A stretch of DNA of 64,000 bases from Eledone cirrhosa (GCA_964016885.1 OZ024752.1:36766001-36830000), one strand, 5' to 3'. Counted from the first letter of the stretch, positions 38,890-52,670 are shown. The notes: a model not told the origin generated them from the letters alone. Translations and numbers: made by a program.

Positions 38890-39076
38890 GTGACGCTCGA
38901 GACGTTCGATGGAGTTGGGCCGCTGACAGCGAAGTTGTTGTCATCACTGGCAGCTCGCCTTACTGAGGTGTCAGGTGATGTCCGCTAGGGTGCCTGGTTA
39001 TTTCAACGCCTTATCCTCGCCACCATCCGTGGTAATGCTGCGAGCGTGTTGGCTCGCCTGAAAGTGTACAATTAAC
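38890..39076 (+). pseudogene. 3' fragment of a CRE-clade non-LTR retrotransposon (restriction-like endonuclease end)
   Basis: ETFDGVGPLTAKLLSSLAARLTEVSGDVR*GAWLFQRLILATIRGNAASVL matches the CRE C-terminal ETFG..G...FQRLS..IQRGNAASV pattern. Confidence 0.7.
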
Positions 39077-39209
39077 GCCCAAGGTGTGAGGTTTGTCACA
39101 CTTGATGGTGTATTGCGCCTCACCCTCTTTTTTCTTCCTTTTCCTTCTTCCTTCTTTCCTTTATCATTTTTGTTTATGATTTTATATTTGTTATGTTATT
39201 TATGTATAT

Positions 39210-39500
39210 ATCTTCTTCTTCTTCTTCTTCTTCTTCTTCTTCTTCTTCTTCTTCTTCTTCTTCGGCCGAGTTTACAAAGCTTCAGCACACTTTCTCCAAC
39301 CCCGGTCGAACATGACATTTCTCAGTTCGTCGATGTTACCAATGTTGGCATCTCTCAGCAGGGTATCAATGAATGAGACGGCCTGTCTTCCCACGTTTCT
39401 TCGTCCGACCGCCGGTTTCAAGAACACAAGTTGAGATGCTGTCTCTTCTGGATGACCGATGCAGTGCCCAGCCAGTTTCATTACTCAACAGGCAAGTCTT
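39210..39500 (-). mobile_element. 3' fragment of an RTE/RTEX-like LINE with an (AAG)n tail
   Basis: KLAGHCIGHPEETASQLV...GRRNVGRQAVSFIDTLLRD...ELRNVMFDRGWR followed by (AAG)n. Confidence 0.75.
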
Positions 39501-40613
39501 TTTGAGACTGGTGGTAGTGATCTGTACAGTTCTTTATTTATCAGCTTCTGTTTCCAAGAAATGTCGAGAGCCATTCTCAACATCCTCGTGTAACATCAAG
39601 TCTCTTGCATAGTACTTTGTCAATAGTCCACATTTCCCTCAATAATGTAATAAATTACTTAGAATATAAGATGTTATTTTTATGCTCTTTGGCAGTAACA
39701 TAAGGACTACTTTATGTTAAACATATTCTGCCACGTAATTAAAGTTTGGTTGTTATTCTCTTCACTTCTACGTTGTTGAGATCGGTTCTATTACGTTTAA
39801 CATTCTTATTACGTGTTAGTGATATTGTCAGAAACGAGCGGTTCTATCTGATAAAACACGAATATTTGTATACATTTTTTTAATTTGTTTAAATAATTAT
39901 CAAAAAAATAACAAAACTGTTGAAAAATTTTTTTAAACTTCTTTAAAATATCTGATTGAAAAAGTTCAATCATGTCCTAAAGACAATATGTGTTATTTTT
40001 GATATGCCAAAGTTATCTTTATCGTAAACAATGTGTGTGTGTGTGTGTCTGTGCATGTATGTGTGTGTGTGTGTTGTGCTGCGTGTTTAAACGCTTTCTC
40101 CTCAATACCGTTAATATTTGAACAACACGAAATTCTCCAAACGATACCAACCACACTTGTTAGGTTATGTTTCGTCAATTGGTAATGAAATAATGAAAAC
40201 TGTTTTCAGAGTCGTACCTGTCACTTAAGTAACTTTATAACTCATAAAAAACGATGAAAGCTGCTTCATATTTATTAGACACACCAGGGGGCCAGACAAA
40301 CAGATAGACAGACAGGCAAGCAGATAGACAGACAGAAAAACAGATAGACAGACAAGCAGACAGACAGGCTGGCAGGCTAAAGTTTATGCTAATTACAAAC
40401 AAAAGAACAAAACAAGACAGAACAGAGAAAAACCCAACGAAAACACAAAGAAAACAAAAATATAAACAGTTGTTTCTTTAACTTTTCCCTGTCGTCTGCT
40501 GTTTCAGTTTAGCTGTTACATTAAATATTGAATTTATGATTGTTAAAAGGCTTGCTTTTTTATTACTACAATATTTTCTGAAAATAGTTTAAGAATATGA
40601 CGTGTATGTGTTG

Positions 40614-40676
<63 letters not shown>

Positions 40677-40678
<2 letters not shown>

Positions 40679-42576
40679 CGGCGATGAATTAGTTTTGCGA
40701 GGTTTTTTATATGAAATCGTGTGTCGAAACAGATATTGTTATATTTGGGGAGGGTCATATTTGCGTAATATTGCCAGAATTAATAACAGAACACACTCAC
40801 TGTTTGGTTGGTTTTCGCTTCTCGCTGTCTTTTATATATATATATCTGCGATCTAACTTACTCGGTCCTCAATGTTGCCATTGACTGACCGGCGGTCAAA
40901 AATAATACAGATACAATATAGACAAACACATATATATATAGTTTACATAATTTACATAAATCTTTCGTTGCACATCTGCAACATCGTCAGTGGTGTTATA
41001 TTCATTGTTCCTCCTGTTGTGTTGTATGTCTACGCCATTTTTTTTTGTTCAGTCTGTCTATATATTTATTTATTTATTTGCTTGTTTGTTTATCTTATTT
41101 TATTTTGTCTTCTTTGCGCATGCGTTTGCGTGTGTGATGTGTGACTAGTGTGTATAGTGTTGTGTCTGCTGGGTGACTAGTGTGTGTTTATGTGCTTGTG
41201 TATGTATTTATTTATCTTATTTTATTTATTTTATTTAATTTACTTATTTATTTATACTTCTCTTAGGTCAGTGTTGTTTGTTTGGGTGTTGTTGTTGTTC
41301 CACTCATTCTTTCTGTTTAGCTTTGGTCTTCTAATTTCTATTTCACTGGCCTCTCTGATTTGCCTATCTGCTGGGTCATTCCTATGTTTAGATATTATTC
41401 TAATTTCTATGTTGTCTATGTTACCGTCATGTTGTTGTCTAGCATGTTCGTATAGTACTGACCCGTTTTTTCGTCCTTTTAGTTCCCCCCAGTGTTGGTC
41501 TATCCTTTCACCTATGCTACGAGCTGTCTCACCTATGTATGTTGTTGTCGTGTTTCTGCAAGTACCCTCTGTACATCTTATGCTATAGACTACGTTTCTA
41601 GTTTTACAGTTTATCCGGGGGTTCACCTTACATATGATACATTTCCTATTGGTACAGTGGGTTTTCTTAAAAGGGTAGGTTTTGCTGATCAGGGATTTTA
41701 TGGTGGTTCCTGGCTTTTCTACCACCTTTATTTTTAAGTGGGTCTTTCTCAGGGCCTTTCTACACTGGTTAGCTAATTTCCCTCCAGGGGTGGCGTCCAC
41801 AAACATGACACTCTGATATCTCTGGTTGTCGTACCATGATGTGGCCTTCCCTATCTTATGTCTAGCCCTATCTAAGCTATTCCATGATTTGCTCCTGTAT
41901 AGTGGGCAAATTCCTTTCATGTCCAGTTCTATGAGGGTCTTATACTTTTCCATGGCTCCTTCGTATACTCTGACTCTGTCTCTTTGGTTGTAGCCAGAGA
42001 ACTGCATGCGGTTGATGAAGTGTTGGATGTGTCCTTCCATTTCTGTTGGGTCGCACATGCTGGACACATTCTTCATCACTCGTACCAAATCTGCGATCAG
42101 AATATTAAACTTAGCACTACTGGACATTGCTGAGTTTTTGAGTATCAGGTATTTGGAGGCCATGGGTTTAGCATAGTGTGAGTGGAGAATTTGGGCTCTC
42201 TCGTCTATAGTGTTAATCCAGAGTTCTGTGTCTAATACAGGTAGTCTATTGTTAGGGTGTTTGGAAGGGAAGTCTATAGTTACAGTTATACTCTGGTGTA
42301 TGGAATTAGCTATCTGCTGGATGCTTTCCATCGTGCTACGTTCTAAATCAAACTTGTTAGTGCTCTCTAGTGGGGGTGTTCTTATAACTATATTGATATC
42401 GTCTACATAACGAGAGTACATGATGAGGTCTATGGAGCTTTCATTAAGGAGATCTTTAAGTCTCCTTTCCCACCATACCATGAAAAGGTTGGCAAGAAGC
42501 GAAAACCAACCAAACAGTGAGTGTGTTCTGTTATTAATTCTGGCAATATTACGCAAATATGACCCTCCCCAAATAT

Positions 42577-42584
<8 letters not shown>
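40677..42584 (-). mobile_element. 5'-truncated Penelope-like element with an inverted partial pLTR, inserted in (TA)n
   Basis: RT/GIY-YIG ORF; 40733-40822 is inverted at 42495-42584; hammerhead-like core at 40963-40990. Confidence 0.9.
41252..42494 (-). CDS. Penelope RT (C-terminal half) plus GIY-YIG endonuclease, 5'-truncated
   Basis: LANLFM..., YSRYVDDI, LPVLDTEL, CTNRKCIIC, NVVYSIRC...YIGETARSI...EASEI...LNRKNEW. Confidence 0.92.
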
Positions 42585-42655
<71 letters not shown>

Positions 42656-42780
42656 TATCCACGGTAAGTTGTGGGGTCTATTCTGCATGAAGAACTCAAT
42701 GTAATCCATATGTTGAAAATGTTGTAGGTTAAGATAAATCCCGGAAAACAATAAAACATTAAAAGGAAAACAGAGTCATG

Positions 42781-43157
42781 ATATAAGTTAAAACAATGAA
42801 ATAAAAAATCAAGTCATTAGAGATATACTTCACTGCTTTACGATCGTTTCTAGATGATGATAATACATTGTAGCTAGACTCCGTTATTGATCTATGTAAG
42901 GTGAGTTACAAAATGTCAGATAAAGAGAATATTTACTTACATGCATATCACCAGGTGTTTTCAAAATCATATTGCTTTTGAAAACAGCTGGTGATATGCA
43001 TGTAAGTAAATATTCTCTTTATCTGACATTTTGTAACTCACCTTACATAGATCAATAACGGAGTCTAGCTATGTATTATCATCATCTAGAAACGATAGTA
43101 AAGCAGTGAAGTATATCTCTAATGACTTGATTTTTTATTTCATTGTTTTAACTTATA

Positions 43158-43158
<1 letters not shown>
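42781..43158. mobile_element. Fold-back element (~185-bp arms) with a decayed long-stem-II hammerhead
   Basis: Near-perfect inverted arms with a 9-nt loop; ATTGCTT-TTGAAAA...GAAA-CGAT[C/A]G-TA-AAGCAGT; fragment also at 24961-25035. Confidence 0.85.
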
Positions 43159-43202
<44 letters not shown>

Positions 43203-43295
43203 TATATATATATTATATATATTATATATATTATATATATTACATACACACGCACACACTCACACTCACACATATATATATATATATATATATGA

Positions 43296-43372
<77 letters not shown>

Positions 43373-43377
43373 CTTCG

Positions 43378-43419
<42 letters not shown>

Positions 43420-43420
43420 T

Positions 43421-43522
43421 CAGGGTGTCCAAAAAATTATATACACACTCTGATTACTACTTGTACAGACAATATTTATTAAAATGGTGTTGAAGTGTGT
43501 ATACATTTTTGGGGACACCCTG
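43421..43522. mobile_element. Tc1/mariner-type MITE (~100 bp)
   Basis: TIRs CAGGGTGTCC / GGACACCCTG in a TA context. Confidence 0.75.
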
Positions 43523-43661
43523 TATATATATATATATTGATATATATATATATATATATATAGTATATACATATATATATATATAAAAGTAGCGAAACAA
43601 ACGGTTATTAAACAATTTTCTAAATAAATTAAAAAATGATTAAATAATCACCTGTTCAGAT

Positions 43662-43742
43662 GCTGTTACCGACGGTTTCATCATTCCGAAAGATTGGAAA
43701 TCCAACGAATTTCCAATGGAAAGAAATGAATCTTCAGACAGC
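43662..43742 (-). ncRNA. Type I hammerhead ribozyme with extended stem II
   Basis: Minus strand reads GCTGT-CTGAAGA-TTCATTTC..ATTGGAAATT(CGTTG)GATTTCCAAT..GGAATGAT-GAAA-CCGTCGG-TA-ACAGC. Confidence 0.8.
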
Positions 43743-43890
43743 CCTATTTCCACGCTATAAGGTATAGCAAGTAAATATTATGCTCCCTGCCCAACGCATG
43801 CGGTCAAGCCGTTAAAGTGACACACACGCAAATCAGGTCGCTGATAAAAGCTGGATATTATAAACATGTCGAATTGCCACTAAAATTAGC

Positions 43891-43953
<63 letters not shown>

Positions 43954-43955
<2 letters not shown>

Positions 43956-44060
43956 CGAAGTAAATGTGGTAAGGAACCAGGTGGACCATAACGCACCAAA
44001 GTACTCAATACTTAGGGTAGTAGAATGGGTAATAGGAACGAGTAGGGTCCTACTCGTTCC
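43954..44060 (-). mobile_element. Fold-back family A, minimal copy
   Basis: Tail plus a GGAACGAGTAGG-GT-CCTACTCGTTCC hairpin. Confidence 0.8.
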
Positions 44061-44064
44061 TATA

Positions 44065-44099
<35 letters not shown>

Positions 44100-44394
44100 A
44101 TATATATATATTGATATTGATATATATATATATATATATATATAAAAACACTTGTATTGATTGTGCACCCCACCTATAAACATCCACCCACAGAACGTCT
44201 GCTACTCTCACCCCGTCCCTCACACCAGCATGCCTGATCACCTCTTCCATCTCCTCTTTTATATTCATATTTTTCTTACTAATTTTATTTTAACAACCTT
44301 TTATTGATTTGTATTTTTTATTCTTTATCTTTATTTTCTTTGCAATTTTCCTTTTGTTGTATTTCCTCTCAGTTGAGTGTAATGGGGGCAACGT

Positions 44395-44510
44395 GAAAAA
44401 TAAAGTGTTTTGCTCAAGAACACAACACACAACACTGCCCAGGAATCGAACAGACGACATGACAACCGCAAGGAAGCATGCTAACCATTAAGCCATGCAC
44501 CTCCACCTAG
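44395..44510 (-). mobile_element. tRNA-derived SINE (family 2)
   Basis: AATAAAGTGTTTTGCTCAAGAACAC...GGAATCGAAC...AACCATTAAGCCATGCACCTCC. Confidence 0.75.
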
Positions 44511-44589
44511 ACAATTAACAGGTGTAATATTCGTTTGGTCAATCGATAGATTTTTTTTTTTTACATAGTTCTGTTTCCATAGTTTTAGG

Positions 44590-47465
44590 ACTTCACTATC
44601 AACAGTGTACACCACTGACACTCTGACAAGGATGTGTTTCCATAGATTAGAATGACACTATCAGCAGTGTTGAGCGCCGACGACACACTCTGACATAGAT
44701 GTGTTTCCATAGTTAATAATACCACTATCAGCAGTGTAGAGCGCTGACAAGACACTCTGACATAGATGTGTTTCCATAGTTTACAATACCACAATCATCA
44801 GTGTAGCACATACACACGACACACTCTGACATAGATGTGTTTCCATAGTTTACAATACCATAATCTGACATAGATGTGTTTCCATAGTTTATAATACCAC
44901 AATCAGCAGTGTAGCACACACACACGACACACTCTGACATAGATGTGTTTCCATAGTTTATAATACCACACTCTGACATAGATGTGTTTCCATAGTTTAT
45001 AATACCACAATCAGCAGTGTAGCACACACACGCACGACACACTCTGACATAGATGTGTTTCCATAGTTTATAATACCACAATCAGCAGTGTAGCACACAC
45101 ACACACGACACACTCTGACATAGATGTGTTTCCATAGTTTATAATACCACAATCAGCAGTGTAGCACACACACACACGACACACTCTGACATAGATGTGT
45201 TTCCATAGTTTATAATACCACAATCAGCAGTGTAGCACACACGCACGACACACTCTGACATAGATGTGTTTCCATAGTTTATAATACCACAATCAGCAGT
45301 GTAGCACACACAACACACTCTGACATAGATGTGTTTCCATAGTTTATAATACCACAATCAGCAGTGTAGCACACACACACTCGACACACTCTGACATAGA
45401 TGTGTTTCCATAGTTTATAATACCACAATCAGCAGTGTAGCACACACACGCACGACACACTCTGACATAGATGTGTTTCCATAGTTTATAATACCACAAT
45501 CAGCAGTGTAGCACACACACACACGACACACTCTGACATAGATGTGTTTCCATAGTTTATAATACCACAATCAGCAGTGTAGCACACACACGCACGACAC
45601 ACTCTGACATAGATGTGTTTCCATAGTTTATAATACCACACTCTGACAGATGTGTTTCCATAGTTTATAATACCACAATCAGCAGTGTAGCACACACACA
45701 CACGACACGCTCTGACATAGATGTGTTTCCATAGTTTATAATACCACAATCAGCAGTGTAGCACACACACACACGACACACTCTGACATAGATGTGTTTC
45801 CATAGTTTATAATACCACAATCAGCAGTGTAGCACACACACACGACACACTCTAACATAGATGTGTTTCCATAGTTTATAATACCACAATCAGCAGTGTA
45901 GCACACACACACGACACACTCTGACATAGATGTGTTTCCATAGTTTATAATACCACAATCAGCAGTGTAGCACACACAACACACTCTGACATAGATGTGT
46001 TTCCATAGTTTCTAATACCACAATCAGCAGTGTAGAGCGCTGACAACACACTCTGACATAAATGTGTTTCCATAGTTTATAATACCACAATCAGCAGTGT
46101 AGCACACATACGCACGTCACACTCTGACATAGATGTGTTTCCATAGTTTATAATACCACAATCAGCAGTGTAGCACACACGCTGACATAGATGTGTTTCC
46201 ATAGTTTATAATACCACAATCAGCAGTGTAACACACACACGCACGACACACTCTGACATAGATGTGTTTCCATAGTTTATAATACCACAATCAGCAGTGT
46301 AGCACACATACACACGACACACTCTAACATAGTTGTGTTTTCATAGTTTATAATACCACACTCTGACATAGATGTGTTTCCATAGTTTATAATACCACAA
46401 TCAGCAGTGTAGCACACACACACACGACACGCTCTGACATAGATGTGTTTCCATAGTTTATAATACCACAATCAGCAGTGTAGCACACACACGCACGACA
46501 CACTCTGACATAGATGTGTTTCCATAGTTTATAATACCACAATCAGCAGTGTAGCACACATACACACGACACACTCTAACATAGTTGTGTTTTCATAGTT
46601 TATAATACCGCACTCTGACATAGATGTGTTTCCATAGTTTATAATACCACAATCAGCAGTGTAGCACACACACGCACGACACACTCTGACATAGATGTGT
46701 TTCCATAGTTTATAATACCACAATCAGCAGTGTAGCACACACACGCACGACACACTCTGACATAGATGTGTTTCCATAGTTTATAATACCACACTCTGAC
46801 ATAGATGTGTTTCCATAGTTTATAATACCACAATCAGCAGTGTAGCACACACACACACGACACACTCTGACATAGATGTGTTTCCATAGTTTATAATACC
46901 ACAATCAGCAGTGTAGCACACACACGCACGACACACTCTGACATAGATGTGTTTCCATAGTTTATAATACCACAATCAGCAGTGTAGCACACACACGCAC
47001 GACACACTCTGACATAGATGTGTTTCCATAGTTTATAATACCACAATCAGCAGTGTAGCACACACACACGACACACTCTGACATAGATGTGTTTCCATAG
47101 TTTATAATACCACAATCAGCAGTGTAGCACACATACACACGACACACTCTAACATAGTTGTGTTTTCATAGTTTATAATACCGCACTCTGACATAGATGT
47201 GTTTCCATAGTTTATAATACCACAATCAGCAGTGTAGCACACACACACACGACACGCTCTGACATAGATGTGTTTCCATAGTTTATAATACCACAATCAG
47301 CAGTGTAGCACACACACACACGACACGCTCTGACATAGATGTGTTTCCATAGTTTATAATACCACAATCAGCAGTGTAGCACACATACACACGACACACT
47401 CTAACATAGTTGTGTTTTCATAGTTTATAATACCACAATCAGCAGTGTAGAGCGCTGACAACACA
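44590..47465. repeat. ~70-bp tandem satellite with variable (CA)n and ~39-bp truncated units
   Basis: CACTCTGACATAGATGTGTTTCCATAGTTTATAATACCACAATCAGCAGTGTAGCACACACACACGA repeated. Confidence 0.97.
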
Positions 47466-47627
47466 GGTTATTCAGATCGAGACCTGACGTCTCCAACTAA
47501 ATAGCTACCAACTAAACACCACCACTCACCTCTTGTACAGTTAATAGCTGATTTGTCATTTCCTCTGATGATTCACTGTTATTGTTTGGAAGCGTCTAGA
47601 AACTAATATTGAACTCCCTTCTAGAAA

Positions 47628-47848
47628 TACGAGGGTCAGTTGAAAATATCATAGCCTGAAAAGTTCATAGGCTGACCAAGATGCGCTCATGGAATGACCA
47701 AATGGAGTCAATTTTTCAACTGAGATAACAATGCAGTTATTAATATAAAAATAAAATAAAAGAGAGTTGGAATGAATGCATGGAAGATTTCACAGCTCTA
47801 GCATCAATCTTTCTTAGTCAGCTTATGAACTTTTCAGCCACCCTCATA
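47628..47848. mobile_element. Mariner-like MITE
   Basis: TA-CGAGGG...CTGAAAAGTTCATAGGCTGAC vs GTCAGCTTATGAACTTTTCAG..CCCTCA-TA. Confidence 0.65.
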
Positions 47849-47859
47849 TATATACAAAC

Positions 47860-47878
47860 AATTATATATATATATATT

Positions 47879-47922
<44 letters not shown>

Positions 47923-47982
47923 AATATATATATATATTATATATATATATTATATATATATAATATATATATATATTATATA

Positions 47983-48048
<66 letters not shown>

Positions 48049-48500
48049 ATATATATATTTATTATATATATATATATATTTATTATATATATATATATAT
48101 TTATTATATATATATATATATTTATTATATATATATATATATTTATTAAATATATATTATATATTATATATATATATTATATATATTTATATATATATTT
48201 ATATATATATATATTATATATTATATATATATATTATATATATACATATATATATATTTATATATATATATATTATATATTATATATATATATATTATAT
48301 ATATACATATATATATATTTATATATATATATATTATATATTATATATATATATTATATATATACATATATATATATTTATATATATATATATTATATAT
48401 TATATATATATATTATATATATACATATATATATATTTATATATATATATTATATATATATATTATATATATTATATATATATATATTATATATATATTT
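47860..48500. repeat. Long degenerate (TA)n tract
   Basis: Almost pure A/T alternation. Confidence 0.95.
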
Positions 48501-49347
48501 AGAAACTCACAGATAGATGCGGACACACACATATACATGAATGCATCCACACCCAACCGTGGGCTAATGGTGCCAACCTCACCGATGTTGCTCAATGAAT
48601 GACTGGGACAGACAAATCCGGTTGAACTAGACTGAACCAGTATCAGAGTTAAAATTACATTATGAAGAGAGAAGAAACATTTAGATATAATTAGTAATAA
48701 AATGTATCATACCTAAACTGCTCCTAGATTCCTCGACTACGTAGTTTCGTGGCATAAACAAAAACAATACATCATAAAGATATAGAGTCCCTGCGAGGTC
48801 TGCCGACTTATCAAGAGGATACCTCATTTTACTAGTCTCAAGAACGCATCTACACGACGTGAGAAAGAATCCCAAAAGGCGGAGGGGGAGATAGTCACGC
48901 GATATTATGGTCGAGAAACAGAGCTAAGCCTCTTATAACCCCGAAGAAAATACCACAGAGGCGGAGGGGGTATTTATATCGAAGCCGTAGAAGAGGTGGT
49001 GAAGGAGGCGAGAAGTATGAGTAATGGCAGCTTCGATAAAAATCTGGAAAGCATGGCGTCCGACCCTCTACCGATACTGCCAATCCACTCCGTTTACAAT
49101 TGTTTCGCTACTCCATATAATATTTCTGGATCAGATGACTATATATCATAATTGCTCTGGTTCAGTTGAAAATAATTAACATATTTAAAAGAACAGAGTG
49201 GCTCATCGGAACTCAAAGGAATATAAATTAAAATAATGTTACATAATATAATGTTCCATATATTGGTTTTTACTATGGTGTCTTGGTTGCATCAGCTGTC
49301 AGCCATAATCAAGCAGTAATCATCTGTCGAGGCTGCATTGTGTTGAT

Positions 49348-49835
49348 CTCTGATATGCCCAGTTCCTGGTTGGGTTGTTATTTCACTGAGGAAGTGGAAT
49401 CATATGAATTCAAACAAACGAATTTCAGTGTCAAAGGTCCTCTTCTCCTCTCATTGGTCAGTTGTTAGAACATTCCTCATTCAAAAGTCTATAGATTCGT
49501 TTGTTTGAATTCATATGATTCCAGTTCCTCAGTGAAATAACAACCCAACCAGGAACTGGGCATATCAGAGTATTGACAATATTATACACCTCAACAACAT
49601 ATGTACTTGTCTATACCACACTAATTCGGACTTCCTGAAGAGGTCACAGCCAAAGATGGCTGTCACCGAAATATATATAGCAGTAATAAACGAAGCTAAA
49701 TTTAAACATTTGACTTTTTATTTTACTTTATTTTACATTACTCCGGAGTAACCAAACCAACCTGCGCACTTCGTCGAGTGCTCCAGCCTGCATACTGAGC
49801 TGTTGGTATACAACCAACATATACTCAAAATCTAT
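49348..49835 (+). mobile_element. Hammerhead family D element with a 5' inverted segment
   Basis: 49348-49423 is inverted at 49495-49570; hammerhead at 49630-49684; ends in (TA)n; homologous to 59209-59551. Confidence 0.8.
49630..49684 (+). ncRNA. Type I hammerhead ribozyme (family D)
   Basis: ACTTC-CTGAAGA-GGTCACAGCCA(AAGA)TGGCTGTCACC-GAAA-TATATA-TA-GCAGT, one stem I mismatch. Confidence 0.75.
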
Positions 49836-50532
49836 ATTATATATATATATATTATATATATATATTATATATATATGTATTTTATATATATATATTATAT
49901 ATTATATATATATTATATATATATATTATATATATATATATATTATATATATATTATATATATATATTTTATATATATATATTATATATATATATATATT
50001 ATATATATATTATATATATATATTATATTATATATATATATATTATATTATATATATATATATTATATATATAATATATATATATATATTATATATATAT
50101 TATATATATATATATTATATATATATATATATTATATATATATATTATATATATATATTATATATATATATATTATATATATATATTATATATATATATT
50201 ATATATATATATTATATATATATATATTATATATATATATTATATATATATATATTATATATATATATATTATATATATATATTATATATATATATATTA
50301 TATATATATATTATATATATATATATTATATATATATATTATATATATATATATATTATATATATATATTATATATATATTATATATATTATATATATAT
50401 ATATATTATATATATATATTATATATATATATATATTATATATTATATATATATATTATATATTATATATATATATTATATTTATATATTATATATATAT
50501 TATATATATATATTATATATATAAATATCTAT

Positions 50533-50564
<32 letters not shown>

Positions 50565-50570
50565 ATAATA
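49835..50570. repeat. Long degenerate (TA)n/(TAT) tract
   Basis: Pure A/T; source of a spurious 282-aa ORF. Confidence 0.95.
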
Positions 50571-50574
50571 ATAA

Positions 50575-51400
50575 TAATAATGTTTCTACTTTGGCACAAG
50601 GCAGCAATTACCCAGTACATTACTGGTACTTTATTTTATCGACCCCCGTAATGGTAAAAGGCAAAATGAACCTGGCGAGATTTGAACCCAGAACATAAAG
50701 GGCCTTAACACCTATGCTACAAAGCATGGTGTCTGACGCTCTACCGATAATAATAATAATAATGGATTCTGATTTAGGCACAAGGCCAGCAATTTTTGAT
50801 GAGAGCGGAAAAGTCGATTAAATGGCCCGCAGTGCGTTACTGGTATTTTATTGACCCCGTAAGGGATTTGAACTCAGGCCGTAAAGGGCCGCAACTCTAT
50901 GCTAATAATAATAATAATGCCAGCAATTTTGGGGAAGGGTAAATAATAATGATTTCTTTATTAACCACAAGGGTTTACATAAAGTAGACATTAAGGACAG
51001 TGCAGGACAATACAGGACGGTACAAATGGGCATTTCTGCGTGTAAAAAACAAAAACAGAGGAGGCCAGCAATTTTGGGGGAGGGGAAAGTCGATTATATC
51101 GACCCCCAGTGCGTGACTGGTACTTTATTTATCGACTTTGTAAGGATGAAAGGCAAAGTTAACCTCGGCGGGATTTGAACTCAGACCGTAACTCTACGCT
51201 AATAATAATAATAGTTTCTACTTTAGGCACAAGACCAGCAAATTACTCAGTGCATTACTGGTACTTTATTTTATCGACCCCGTAAGGATGAAAGGCAAAG
51301 TCAACCTCAGTGGGATTTGAACTCAGACCTTAAAGGGACGTAACTATGCTTGCAAGCATGGCGTCCGACTCTCTACCGGTACTGCCAATCCACCGCTATT
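50575..51400 (-). mobile_element. Tandem cluster of family 1 SINEs
   Basis: At least four copies of TACTGGTACTTTATTTTATCGACCCC...GGGATTTGAACTCAG with (ATA)n tails. Confidence 0.85.
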
Positions 51401-52183
51401 GGCAATAGAAAGCAAAGGCGGCTTAGATATAGCAGAAACTATTTTATAACAAGCTAACATTGCAGGTGAATATACCAGTAAATCTGGAAACCAGACAAGT
51501 AGAACAGCAATTTTCAGTGAAAATATCATATCCTACAGTACCGAAAAATTACTAAAGATAACAAAATCAGCTTAGTAAATACAGGCAGTATTTCATAAAA
51601 GAAAATAGCTATCGGTAAGGTTTATCATGAATGCAAAAACACAATAAGAAGTTTATAAAAACATCAGTGTTCGCTAACAAAAATGTAATCATCTTCAAAG
51701 TCTATGAAATTCTAATATTTTTTCTCCATAATTTTCTGGTATTTCCTTAGTAATAGATGTTTTTGTACGGATGGATAAAAGCTTTTTTTTTTTTTCATCA
51801 ACCGGTAAACTAACCTTATGTTTTTCGCACAAACCACAATCCTTTTTTTTTTCTAATTTCCTCTCCTTGTTAATTATAAATTTAGTAAAAACGTATTTCC
51901 TTGTATTCCTCTTAATCATCAACTAGTTTTTTTTATTTTTTATTTAAATTCTTCTTTTCTTCAAGTTCTGATCAATGTGAGCCTAGACAATAAAAGGTAC
52001 TTTTACCTTTATTTTTAAATTGGAAGTTTGTAGCTGTTGTTCTTGCTTTTACTGTGGGTACACCTCACAAATTTCTCCCTAGTATAGTTTAGCAACTTTT
52101 AGTGCCCCACCCCCGCAATGATCTTGAAGCCTTCTCTAAAAAATGTTTAAATAATTATACATGATTATTATTTTTTATATTAA

Positions 52184-52242
<59 letters not shown>

Positions 52243-52244
<2 letters not shown>

Positions 52245-52445
52245 AACGAGTAGGACTCCGACGGCTGAGCTCAAGCCATTTCGACGGCTAATTCTGGACT
52301 AAAAAAAAAGTCCAGAATTAGCCGTCGAAACGGCTTGAGCTCAGCCGTCGGGGTCCTACTCGTTCCTATTACCCACTCTACTACCCTAAGTATTGAGTAC
52401 TTTGGTGCGTTATGGTCCATCTGGTTCCTTACCACATTTCCTTCG

Positions 52446-52447
<2 letters not shown>
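52243..52447 (+). mobile_element. Fold-back family A element with a longer palindrome
   Basis: Arms extend to AATTCTGGACT-(A)n-AGTCCAGAATT. Confidence 0.85.
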
Positions 52448-52495
<48 letters not shown>

Positions 52496-52528
52496 TCTTA
52501 CTGAACCCATCTTGATATATATATATAT

Positions 52529-52625
52529 ATGGAAAGATTCAGGACCCCGACGGCTGAGCTCCGGCTGTTTCGACAGCTAGATCCCGAACTTATGGTTCAC
52601 CTGGTATCTTACCACACTCTCTGTG
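52529..52625. mobile_element. Diverged family A relative (also 21750-21806)
   Basis: CAGGACCCCGACGGCTGAGCTCCGGCTGTTTCGACAGCTAGATC joined to a TTATGGTTCACCTGGTATCTTACCACA tail. Confidence 0.65.
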
Positions 52626-52670
52626 ATATATATATATATATATATATAGATATATATATATATATATATA

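Noticed and set aside
42495-42751. N-terminal ~85 aa of the 499-aa ORF
   Set aside because: Made of flank, (TA)n and the inverted terminal copy; not Penelope coding sequence.
44585-47296. Many short Cys-rich ORFs
   Set aside because: Translation of the ~70-bp satellite, with frames broken by (CA)n variation.
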